A stretch of 64,000 nt of DNA from Mobula hypostoma (taxonomy: Eukaryota), in assembly GCF_963921235.1 (NCBI RefSeq), contig NC_086118.1, positions 13,022,001 to 13,086,000 on the forward strand, written 5' to 3'. The translations under genes and the position numbers were made by a program. Each line of letters opens with the position of its first letter. The first letter of the stretch is position 1. Positions 25,405 through 36,770 of this stretch are shown here, in pieces. The notes under the pieces are model-generated. The model did no database searches, was not told the DNA's origin, and saw only the letters and a program-made list of their open reading frames with translations.

Positions 25405-26640
25405 TCAACACCTTGACAGACAGTCAGCCATCACATTTTCTGTTCCTTTTATATGTGTTATTAATAATCCCTTAGACCAGGCTCCAATTTAGCAAACTTC
25501 ATAGTGGCCAAAAACACTGATGAATTGCGATCAATGTAACCTGTCATTGGGTTTTGTCCCGGACCACAATAACAAGGGTCGTCCCATTCCAACTTAGTTT
25601 TCTCTCACAAGGGCTTAGTAGGAGGGGGAGGAGTAGTAACCGCAGAGTTATTGCAAAACTTCCTACAGTACCCCACCATCTCCAAGAGCCTTCTGAGGGC
25701 CCTCTTGTCTGTTGGGGTTGGGATGTCAGCGATAGCCTACACTGTAGCTTGCATCGCTGCCAGCTGCCCCTGTGTCACCACAATTCCCAGGTAAGTGACC
25801 TTCGTGTGGCCAAACTCATTTTTTTCAAGGTTCACTATCACACTGGCTTCAGACAGCCGTATTAAATTGCCAATACACACCTCTGTGGTCGTCAGCCCTT
25901 TACTCACTGAGTTACTCATTCTATAGGGTGTTGCTCGCTAGGCTGACTGAGTGTAACAAGCACCACCCAACGTCCCAGTTCTTTGCATCGCCTCGGGACA
26001 ATCAAACACACGTGTGCGAGTTGTTTAATTACTTCTCCTAAAGAGTCGCTTTGTTCGGGAATTAAGGGAGAGACCTTATCAGCAGAGCTGGCCAAAACAA
26101 TAGCCTTCTCCCATCTGTTCGATACTATACACATCTTTTCAAAATGGTTTCTTTCTCTTATCAGGGGGCCCCTAGCTTCACTGATTTCCGCGCTAACACC
26201 AACTAGGTTTGTTAGCATATCAAAAGCCTGTGACCGTCTCAGTTCGCGTCGGTCATAATCAATAACATCCTTCCTCCTGGGCAGCTGGTAAACCTCTTTC
26301 ATGATTCCACCAACTGTTTCCTCCAGCACCGCAAAATGTCCACCGGGGGGTACCTTGGGGGCCAGGTTAAAAATCTCATCCCCATAATTCTTTTGCACCA
26401 CCCCCCATTCCTCATCTGCGGGTACGGTACTTGGTCTCCCTTTCTTCCTTAGCACTTCCTCCTCCACACAATAGCCTACTAGTTCCCTTGTTAATTCTGT
26501 GTCAGAGAGAGCTGTCTCTGCCAAAACCATCAGCCTCTCGTCTCACTCCTGCGCCTGCACAAATTCTTTCCTGGCTAATGCTAAGTCTGTCTCAGCTCCC
26601 TCGCTACCTCTTGTTTCACTACACTCCTTCTTTTCACTTT
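25405..26640 (-). pseudogene. pol: Internally deleted pol remnant (IN N-terminus, RT ends, RNase H end)
   Basis: LAPKVPPGGHF..DVIDY (IN H2C2-like), QPSEQHP (RT start), VNLEKNEFGHTKVTYLG (RT end) and HIKGTENVMADCLSR (RH end). No DDE or YxDD core seen. Confidence 0.75.
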
Positions 26641-28400
26641 CTACCCCTTCTCATACAAGGCTGACAGAAACGTCTCAGCTAAATTTACTACCGCAGTCCC
26701 GTGATGAACCTGTGAGTCCGTGGGCGGGGCCTCAATGCTGGCAGGCTGACCTGTCAATCTCACTGCTTCGAACACGATTCTCCCAGCGAGGTCATTACCG
26801 AGCAAGACTTCCACGCCTTTCATTGGTAATTCGGACCTTACCCCGATCGTGACTAGTCTAGAGACCAGGTTGCTTTGTAAGTGTATCTGGTGCAAAGAGA
26901 CTGACTCTGTCCCTTTCCCAACACCTTTCACCTTGACCTCCCCAGTCTGGGTCTCTGAGCTAAATTCTAATACACTCTTCAGTATTAGTGACTGACACGC
27001 TCCCGTGTCTCTCCAGATCCGCACTGGAACTGGTTTTAACCCCTCCTTCACTGACACCAATCCGGCCGAGATAAACCTCTCGCGCCCCTCCTGAACTTTG
27101 GCAGACCTGTCCTGTCCTAGCGGTTTGTTTACCAGCTCAATACAGCCAGTCAAAACCGCCGTTTTTCCTTTTCCCGTCTCCTTCTTTGGGGCAAAGCACC
27201 TGGACGCAAAGTGTCCGACTTTCCCGCAATTATAACAGACGACCCCAGGAGACTTCCTACCAGACTGCTCCCGGTCTACCCTATCCTTCTCACCAGTCCC
27301 TGGCTTACTTTCTGACTTTTCTGGCGGACTCTCCCCGCCGTCCTGACTACCCTTCTGGTAGCCTTTACTCGGGGCAAACTTCATTTTATGCGTCAACGCA
27401 TACTCATCTGCTAACTTAGCAGTTGCGGCTAATGTGGCTGCCTCTTTCTCATCTAGGTAGGGTCTCATACCCTCAGGGACACAACCTTTAAACTGCTCAA
27501 TCAGGATCAGCTGTAGCAGTCTGTCATAATCCCCCTCTACCCCCTTCGAGGTGCACCAACACTCACAATATGTCTGCATCTCACGGGCAAACTCTAAATA
27601 CGTGCGGTCCCACTGCTTCCTCGCATTCCGGAACCTCTGCCGGTATGCCTCCGGGACCAACTCATAAATCCTGAGGATGGCCTCTTTCACCACCTCATAC
27701 CTCTGGGCATCTTCCGCGGACAAAGCTGAGTAAGCTTGTTGGGTTTCCCTTTCAGTACACTCTGAAGCAAAACAGCCCACTTATCCCTCGACCAGTCCTG
27801 ACGTAGCAACTTTTTCGAAATGGAGAAAGTACCGATCCACGTCGGTATCATCAAATGGGGGAACCAGCCTAACCTCCTGGGTCGCCTGGAACCCTCCATC
27901 TTGGTTCGGCACAGGCCCCTGCTCTGCCCTTATCCTTAACTTCTCCAGCTCAAATTCCCTTTCCCTCTGTTTCTCCTCTCACTCCCACTGTCTCTCTCTC
28001 TCCATCTCTCTCTCCTGCCTTTCTAACTCTTTCTCTTTCTCTTGCCTTTTTAACTCTTTCTCTTGCCTTTCTAACTCTCTCTCCTTCTGTTCTCGCTCCA
28101 ACTGTCTGTCCCTCTCTTTCTCTTCTCGCTCCATCTGCCGTACCCGGAACTCGTGCTCGAGTCTTAGTTTTTCAAGCTGCACCTGTACCGCGTCTCCGGC
28201 AGGTTTTTCAGTAGACACCACCTCCAGCTCCCCTTGGGGAAACACACCTTTAGATACATAGTGATCTACGATAGCTCTGTGTATCTTCTCTCTCCTCATT
28301 GTCGACTTCCCCTTAGCAAGATTCAACCGTTTGGCCACAGCTACCAATTCCGATTTCCTGGCATCCTCTAATGCCTCCAAGGTCGGCGCCTTTATAATTT
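26641..28400 (-). pseudogene. gag: Gag-protease (coiled coil, SCAN-like capsid, CCHC knuckle, aspartic protease), frameshifted
   Basis: ORF 27979-28380 is E/R/K-rich coiled coil. ORF 26641-27780 carries YELVPEAYRQRFR..LILIEQF, CYNCGKVGHFASRC, RDTGA and LLGNDL. Confidence 0.85.
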
Positions 28401-28489
28401 CCTCAGCCTCTATTTCTGCTGTTTGTCTTTTCTTTCTTTAGGGAATTTTGACCCAATCAATTTACTCCGTCCCAAATTTAGCGTTCAAA

Positions 28490-28508
28490 ATCGCGGACGA
28501 GAACTCCA
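28490..28508 (-). promoter_or_regulatory. Degenerate tRNA-Pro-like primer binding site
   Basis: Minus strand reads TGGAGTTCTCGTCCGCGAT, versus the canonical Pro PBS TGGGGGCTCGTCCGGGAT; directly inside the 5' LTR. Confidence 0.65.
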
Positions 28509-28512
28509 CTTA

Positions 28513-29364
28513 TGTTACATACCCCGTAACTGGGTTGCCAAACCAGCAGAAATGGATCACTCAGTTGGAGTCTGTATTACTAGAACTAAGAAAGTTTTAT
28601 TAAAGAAACAAGCAACACTGTACTCTAATCGAAAGGATAATAAATGCAACAGTTCAGCAATGATAAACACACATGTACACAGAATTAAGATAACAGGATC
28701 AATCAAGCTCTATCGTTGTCTAGGGGTAAATGACCAGTTTCAAAGTGACGCAAAGTTCAGCTCAATTTAGTTCAGTTCAGTTCGCAGACAGTGGAGGGAA
28801 GGAGAGAGAGAGCAAAACGAATGAATATTCAAGGCTTCCACACAGACCTTTGCAGTCAGCTTTCGGGCGAGTCCTTTGTGATGTCATCTGAGGTCACCGA
28901 CCGTGACCCCTCCGTTTCCAGATACGATCGTTTCTCTGCAGTGAACCCAGCACCCAGGCAAGGGTGGACACACACCAGGTTCCCGCTGATCGTGCCTTTC
29001 CACCCTGAGAATCTATGGCTTGATCCCGCGATCAGCCGTCCAAGAACTTCCCACCGACTTGTGAGAGACACATCGATTCCAGGGTCTCGTTACCTCGGGG
29101 TGTCGTGTGTGTGTCTTGCCTTAGCGAACCTGTCCCTTTTTATCCCCCTGCTGGGGTATCGCCTGTCCATCACTTCAAACAGTTCGGGGTTCAAAGGGGG
29201 AGCCGATCTTGACAACTCTCCTTCCCCTTCATTAACATCTCCAAATGCTGCTCCATTGTTTTCCTTATCTTTCTCTCTCCTGAAGACAGGTGGCAGACCA
29301 ACTGCTGATCCCACTGGTGCCAGCATAGGACAGCTACATCTTAATCTATGTGTATACTTGCACA
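28513..29364 (-). repeat. 5' LTR of the Gmr1-like element
   Basis: About 30 differences from the other LTR by eye (about 96% identity). Confidence 0.95.
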
Positions 29365-30834
29365 CTATTCACTTTGCCTTTAATCCTGACAGGAACATAC
29401 AAACTCTCCACTCTCAAAATTTCTCCTTTGAAGGCTTCCCACCTACCAATCACATCTTTGCCAGATAACAACCTGTCCCAATCCACGCTTTTTAGATCCT
29501 TTCTTATTTCTTCAAATTTGGCCTTCTTCCAGTTCAGAACCTCAACCCTAGGACCAGACCTATCCTTGTCCATGATCAAGTTGAAACTAATGGTGTTATG
29601 ATCACTGGAACCAAAGTGCTCCCCTACACAGACTTCCATCACTTGTCCTAACTCGTTTCCTAACAGGAGATCCAATATTGCATCCCCTCTAGTTGGTCCC
29701 TCTATATATTGATTTAGGAAACTTTCCTGAACACATTTTACAAACTCTAATCCATCTAGACCCCTAACAGTATGGGAGTCCCAATCAATATATGGAAAAT
29801 TAAAATCCCCTACCACCACAACTTTATATTTCCTGCAGTTGCCTGCTATCTTTCTGCAGATTTGCTCTTCCAAGTCTCGTTGACATTTGGGTAGTCTGTA
29901 ATACAATCCCACTAATGTGGCTATACCTTTCCTGTTTCTCCGCTCCACCCATAAGGACTCAGTAGACAAGCCCTCTAAACTGTCCTGCCTGAGCACTGCT
30001 GTAATATTTTCCCTAACAAGCAATGTTACTCCCCCACCTTTCATTCCTCTGCCTTGATCACATCTGAAACATCGGAACCCTGGAATATTAAGCTGCCAGT
30101 CCTGCCCCTCCTGTAGCCAAGTTTCACTAATTGCTATATTGTCATAATTCCACGTGTCAATCCATGCCGTCAGCTCATCCGCCTTCCCCGCAATACTCCT
30201 AGCATTGAAATATATACACCTCAGAAGATTTTTACCATCACTCACAACCTTTCTATTAGCGAATTTGCTTGAACTTTTAACATCATTTATTTTCACCCCA
30301 GCCACACTGTCAGCTCTGGCACTTTGGTTCCCATCCCCCTGCAAATCTAGTTTAAAGCCTCCCCAATAGCACTAACAAACCTCCCTGAAAGGACAGAACA
30401 GTTATTTCTAAATCAATGTCTTTAAGTCAACTGATCCGATCTTCACCACATTGTTGTTTTCTTGCAGTCTTGCTCAAACTACCTTCTACATTTTTCCTTT
30501 GGTATGAATGAATGAACTTCAAAACTACTTTACTATGAAGTATTTTGGGAATTATTGAATTCCATAAATATATTATGTATTACTGTAAGTGAACAGTTTG
30601 TTGCTCTCAGATGTAATCATGTCTTACTTAATCTTTCTTTCTGTTGAATGATTTTCAATCATGTCCTCTTCTAAATCATCTTAAAGGTTAATTTATTTCA
30701 ATGGCTCAAATCTAAGCGGTCAAAATCAATCATGATTCATGATTTATGTAGGAAAATCCTATTAGCTATTGTCTCACATTTGAGCTGATAGGAAGTCACT
30801 TCCCTACAGGACTACAAGGAATCTGCATGACTAC

Positions 30835-31103
30835 AGGACTAAATCTGGAACTTTCAAGAGACTTTGAGATTTTTTACCGTGCTGTGGTCTGTTCTTATCA
30901 AATTATGGTATCACTTTGCACTGTTGTAACTATACGTTATAATTATGTGGTTTTTGTTAGTTTTTAAGTCGGTCATGTGTTTTCATGATATCGTTCTGGA
31001 AAAACATTTTTATCATTTCTTAATGCATGCATGACTAAATGACAATAAAAGAGGACTGCGTGTCCTCAATCATAATCATGATCATAATAATCATAATCAT
31101 AAT
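30835..31103 (+). mobile_element. 5'-truncated copy of the 9575-10220 retroposon with (ATCATA)n tail
   Basis: Matches 9980-10210. Confidence 0.8.
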
Positions 31104-33666
31104 CTGCAAGAAGTACATCCAGCTGCAGCCCTTAGAAACAATGTTATTGAATTGGTGCTACAGCTGGATGACCTACGGCTCATATGGAAGAATGAGGTCT
31201 TGATAGAGAAGAACTATTAGGAGGTAGTCACCTTATGGTGCAGGAGGCAAGTAGCTATGTTATTGTCAGGAGAGAGAAAGGAAATAATGTAGAGTATATC
31301 TGTGGTCATTCCCCTCAATAATAAATATATTGTTTTTAATTCTGTGGGGTGGAAACAGCATCGTGTGATGAATATTCACCTTCCAGGGTCCGAGAGACTT
31401 ATTGTAAAACTCAGCTTTCTAGCACAGCAACATGACCTTTCTAAAGGGTCAGATTTGTTGGTGACGGAGTTAAACTCTTAACAAAAATTCTTTGCTCAGC
31501 TTTTTCTTGTAAACAAGGACCAGTCTCCCATGTCTTAATGTAAATTGCAGGCAGCAATTAGCTAGAAGTTGGATGCACAGATTTGCAAACAGATTATAGG
31601 CTGCTAACCCACAGTAGGTAGCTGCTTGCTAAGAGGTCTGCCTCTCAGAGAGATGTGATAAAGAGAATTCAGGTCTGCATTAGCCAAATGCAAGACAATG
31701 GGGTTATGTCACTTAGCACATCAAACATGGTTATGTATTGTCATGTTTCTGTACTCAGAGAGTCATCCCTTACAGTATTAATTGTGGATGTTTGGGATCT
31801 CTGTTGCCAGAAGTTTTTAACAGCATCTGTATAAGTTACTTTGCGCCAGCAAAGGTTTTGGGAAAACATCATATGTAGATGATGTCAGTTAGTCAAAAAG
31901 TGTGTAAATACCTGAAGCATTGGGATTGTTCGGAATTATAAATAGCATGATTGAAGGATGGAGTTACAGAAAGAAGAACTAGAATTATTTCTTCAACCTA
32001 CGTTTTCTGCGGTGGAAAATTCATTCATCTTAAGCTCGTTGATATGTTCTTCTAGTTAGTAAATGTTATACCTGTGTTTTGAAATCCTTTGAAGTTTGTA
32101 GATCATTTGTAATTCAGAAAACTTTTATAAATTAGAAATCCTCTGTGAGTGTTAAATATGTGTTAAGAAATATTTTTCTAAGTTTAATTGATAATCATCA
32201 AAAGGAAATTAACTGTGTTTAAACTATGTTAGTTGGAAGAATCTCTTCCTTCATCAAGAGGGGTCTCAGCATTCAAGCAGTGGGTATTGGTAGCTAAACC
32301 TTGCCATAGAGGCTAGACAAGGAAGTAAACTAGTCCTTGAAGGATAGATGGATATGGTATAATGTCCCTTTAACAAGGGCACCCATAGATAACTATATAG
32401 GATAGGGCTTAAAATCTTTTGAGTTTCGGGCTTTGAGGACAGGGAAAACAATATCAAAATACCAGCAGAAAGCCACAATGACCAGATCTCTGGCATTGAG
32501 TCTAGGTCTGTGGCTTAGAAGGGAAGGGAGGAAAAAGAATACGGCAGTGGGGATAGAGGATTCAATAATCAGAGGAGCAGATGGGAGATTCTATGGACAT
32601 GAAAGGGACACCCGAATAATATGTTGCCTGCCAGGGATTGGGTCAAAAATGTTCGGGGGGGGGCGGGTTGGTGTTGAGCAGCCAGAAGTCATGGCACTGT
32701 ACAAATTGGTACCAATAACATATGGAGGAAAAGGGAGAATATAGGGAGTTAGCAGGGAAGCAGAAAATCAACACCTCCAAAGGCAGTAATCTCTGGATTA
32801 CTGCCTGTGCCACATGCCAGTGAGAGTAAGAGCGGGATGATATGGCAGATGAATGTTTGACTGAGGAATTTGTCAGGGGCAGGATTTCAAATTTTACCTG
32901 GACTGTTGGGATCTTTTCCAGGGGGAATGTAAGACCTGTGTGAAAAAGGTGGTCTTATACTTAAACTTTAGGGGAGTGATATCTTTGCAGGCAACTTTGA
33001 TACGTTGAAGTGAGACTATTTTAATCCAAGAAGTATCAGGATCAAAAATGATGATGAATTTAGAGATGGGTCAGTACATGGAAATATGGTTATGTAGCCA
33101 TGACGAAAACTTCACTGTCACAAGGGCAGGAATGGCTGCTGAATGTTCTGAGGTTTAAATATTTCAAAAAGGGGGGGGGGGCACAGAGAGAGTGGTGTCA
33201 CTGATCAGGGAAAAGATCACTATTGCAGAAAGGGAGGACATCATGGAGGGATGTGGATGAATCAGTGTGGATAGTTAGAAGTCAGAAACAAGAAGGGAGC
33301 AATCACTTTATTGGGGGTATTCTTTAGATGCCTCAATAGCAACAGAGACATTAAGGAACTGATCAAGAGGCAGATTTTGGAAAGGTGCAAAAATAACAGT
33401 GTTGTTGTCATATGGGACTTCAACTTCCCTCACTTTGATTGGCATCTGCTTAGCACAGAAGATCTGGATGGGATGGAATTTGTTAAGTGTGTTCTGGAAA
33501 GATTCCTGACACAATATGTAAACAGACCGACTGGAGAAGAGGGCATATTAGGTTTGGTGCCAGGTCCTAGTGCCAAATAAACCAGATGAATAATTGGGGA
33601 GCATTTCAGAGATAGTGACCACAATTTCCTGATGTTTACTATAGTCTTGGAGAGGAATAGGAGTTT

Positions 33667-34515
33667 TGAATTGAATTGACTTTATTACTTACATCCTTCA
33701 TAAACATGAGGAATAAAAATCTTTACGTCTCTGTCTAAATGTGCAATGTGTAATTTATAGTAATTTATAATAAATAGTGTGCATAACAGGACAATCAATA
33801 TAACATAGAAATACAATAGTGTCAACATGAATTAATCAGTCTGATGGCCTGGTGGAAGAATCTGCTCTGGAGCCTGTTGGTCCTGGCTTTTATGATGCGG
33901 TACCATTTCCCGGATGGTAACAGCTGGAATAGTTTGTGGCTGGGGTGATTTGGGGTCCTCAATGATCCCTTGGGCCCTTTTAACACACCTGTCTTTGTAA
34001 ATGTCCTGAATAGTGGGAAGTTCACATCTACAGATGCTCTGGGCTGTCTGCACCACCCTGCAGAATCCTGCGATTGAGAGAAGTACAGTTCCCATACCAG
34101 GCAGTGATGTAGTCAGTCAAGATGCTCTCAGTTGTGCCCCTGTAGAAAGTTCTTAGGATTTGGGGGCCCATACCAAACTTCTTCAACAGTCTGAGGTGAA
34201 AGAGGCGCTGTTGTGCCCTTTTCACCACACAGCTGGTAAGTTGTTCACCCTCTCAACCCCAGATCTATTGATATCAATAGGGGTGAGCCTGTCTCCATTC
34301 CTCCTGTAGTCCACAACCAGCTCCTTTGTTTTTTGTGACATTGAGGAAAAAAATTGTTTTCTTGACACCACTATGTCAGCGTGATGGCTTCTTCTCTGTA
34401 GGCTGCCTCATTTTTATTTGAGATTAGGCCAATCAGTGTTCTATTGTCAACAAATTTAATTAGCAGATTGAAGCTGTGGGTGGTGGCACAATCATGGGTA
34501 TACAGAGAGTGAAGG
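33667..34515 (-). mobile_element. Rex1/Babar LINE 3' fragment
   Basis: KRAQQRLFHLRLLKKF, ITAWYGNC and HKLFQLLPSGK..FFHQAIRLIN; (TTCAA)n tail. Confidence 0.88.
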
Positions 34516-35943
34516 AGTAGATGGTAGTGGAATATATTTAACTGGGGAGGGGAAATTAAAATCCTATACTGGAGAGCATATATCGGAAACAGATGCGCTC
34601 AGGGAAATGCACAACAGAACTGTGGTTGTTTAGAGAGCACTTGCTGGGTGTTCTGGATAGGTTTGTCCCACTGAGGCAGGGGAAGGATGATAGGGTGATG
34701 GAACCATGGTTGACAAGATATCTGGAACACCTGGTCCAGAGGAAGGAAGAAGCTTACTTAATGTTTCAGATCAGACAGGGCTCTAGAGAGTTACAAGGTA
34801 GGCAGGAAAGAGCTGAAGAATGGACAAGAGAGCTAGAGGAGGCATGCAACATCCTTGATGAGTACGATGAAGGAAAATCCCCAAGGCATTCTACACATAA
34901 GTGAAGAACAGGAGGCTGACTATAGTGAGGGTAGGACTGATCAGAGATAGCAGAGGACACATGCCTGGAATCAGAGGAGGTAGGGGAACTCCTTAATCAA
35001 TACTTTGGTATTTACTAGCTCAGTAGTCACCAATGAGAGAGACCTTGACTTTTGTGAGGACCTGCATGCTCTATCTGGTGCACACGCTAATGATCAGCAA
35101 AGATATTTTTGAAGTGTAGCTAATATTTTAATGTTGGAAATTCAGTCTATTCAGAAATGGATGTTCTCACAGTAAATAACCAGAATATTTTGATTTTAGA
35201 TGAGAAGTAAACATTGGCCAAGACACTTGGGAGGTAAAGGTAGTGCTTGGGAACTATGTTTCTCCCACTTGAGCAGACAGACTACCTCTGGTTTGAATCT
35301 TTCTGTGAAGGTGTCTTTTCTGAATCAGAAAACCAGGGTTTTAAGTCACACACGGGCACTTGAAAATAAAATTTACCTGACATCCAATGTCAGAATGAGA
35401 GAATACCATACCATCAAAAGAGCCATTTTTCAGAGAATATGTTATACAAAATCTGACTCACTGGTATGTAAGACATCCTTGACACTGTTTAAATAAAATG
35501 AGTGAATTTCCCATGTCATGACAAATCTTTACCCTTCAATCAATTCATGGACTTCTGTGGGATATTACTATTTGTCATTTTCCTGTTGAAATTCCAACAT
35601 CACAACACTAGCCACATTTTAAAATTATTTAATTGGTTGAAAAGTTTATTTGTACATTACATAATTGGAGACGATGATGTTTGAACACTGGTTCTACCAT
35701 GTTCTGTATCATAGTATCAAATGTTGGTAAAAAAAAAAGTCTTCAATTTGAAAATAGCAATCAAGGATAGTAAAACAATTTGAATGGCAAGTTGGGTCTT
35801 TGATTGTTTCCACAGATCCCTGTTGGTAACTGGATACGTGGATTGGAAAGCATTCAATTGGATACTTGCTATTTCTGGTCAGGACAACATACATGACCAT
35901 GGAGGTTTTGCTGGAACTGTGTAAGGCACATAAGAGCACAGCT

Positions 35944-36332
35944 ATAGAAAACATAGAAAACATAGAAAATAGGTGCAGAAGTAGGCCATTTGGCCCTTCG
36001 AGCCTGCACTGCCATTTATTATGATCATGGCTGATCATCCAACTCAGAACCCTGCACCAGCCTTCCCTCCATACCCTCTGATCCCCCTAGCCACAAGGGC
36101 CATATCTAACTCCCTCTTAAATATAGCCAATGAACTGGCCTCAACTGTTTCCTGTGGCAGAGAATTCCACAGATTCACCACTCTCTGTGTGAAGAAGTTT
36201 TTCCTAATCTCAGTCCTAAAAGGCTTCCCCTTTATCCTCAAACTGTGACCCCTCGTTCTGGACTTCCCCAACATCGGGAACAATCTTCCTGCATCTAGCC
36301 TGTCCAATCCCTTTAGGATTTTATACGTTTCA
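35944..36332 (-). mobile_element. CR1 3' fragment, same subfamily as 2947-7230
   Basis: Near-identical to 6835-7215; three tail repeats. Confidence 0.93.
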
Positions 36333-36495
36333 ATTAGATGTCAATCAGGTAAACATTTGTACTCCTCACACAGCAGAAACGAGTAATACCTCCAGAGGGG
36401 ACAGAGAGGAGATTTTTGTGAACATTACCAAAACTGGAGAGTATCTGCAAATTGAGGTCTTTTAGTTTAGAATTAGAGAGAGGCTGAGAAAAAAT

Positions 36496-36770
36496 GGGGC
36501 AGTGCGGTAGCATAGTTAGCACAATGTTTTACAGCACCAGTGACCTGGGTTCAATTTCTGCCACTGTCTGTGAGGAGTTCCTATGTTCTCCCTGTGACTG
36601 CATGAGTTTCTTCCAGGTGCCGCCACATTCCAAAGACATATTGGTTGGTAGGTTAATTGGCCATTGTAAATTGTCCTGAGATAGGCTAGGATTTAATCAG
36701 GGGATAGCTGGGCAGTACAACTTGAAGGGCCAGAAGGGCCTATTCCACACGGTATCTCAATAAATAAATA
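36496..36770 (+). mobile_element. V-SINE (HE1-like)
   Basis: tRNA-like head with B box gggttcaatt, V-domain remnant and (TAAA)n tail; homologous to 11672-11962. Confidence 0.8.

Larger units (their letters stand above)
24436..29364 (-). mobile_element. Gmr1-like Ty3/Gypsy LTR retrotransposon, non-autonomous (SCAN-like Gag, PR, collapsed IN-RT-RH)
   Basis: Two 852-bp TG..CA LTRs; 4-bp TSD CTAT (24432-24435 and 29365-29368); PBS and PPT present; pol remnants in the order PR-IN-RT-RH. Confidence 0.92.
22419..30393 (-). mobile_element. CR1 (ORF1 end + complete ORF2 extent), split by an LTR element at 24436-29364
   Basis: APE ORF 29346-30344 and RT ORFs 23891-24373, 22970-23878 and 22707-22976; TTCTATGG tail at about 22420. 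Coding sequence rejoins across the insert as ..KGKVNRNKEPW. Confidence 0.93.
30790..35065 (+). mobile_element. Old CR1 (ORF1, APE, linker) broken by three insertions
   Basis: DY|ICKKYIQLQ, IEDSIIRGADGRF, VIWDFNFP and EPWLT remnants. Inserts at 30835-31103, about 31351-32460 and 33667-34515. Confidence 0.8.

Noticed and set aside
26641..27780. Domesticated SCAN zinc-finger gene
   Set aside because: Flanked by LTRs and a TSD, frameshifted upstream, and has no C2H2 array.
27979..28380. Trichohyalin- or myosin-like coiled-coil host gene
   Set aside because: Lies between the LTRs directly after the PBS; it is the Gag N-terminal coiled coil.
28423..29468. Plus-strand ORFs (115 and 225 aa) in the LTR as accessory or env genes
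   Set aside because: Antisense to the element, the frame differs between the two LTRs (1-bp indel), and no recognisable domain.
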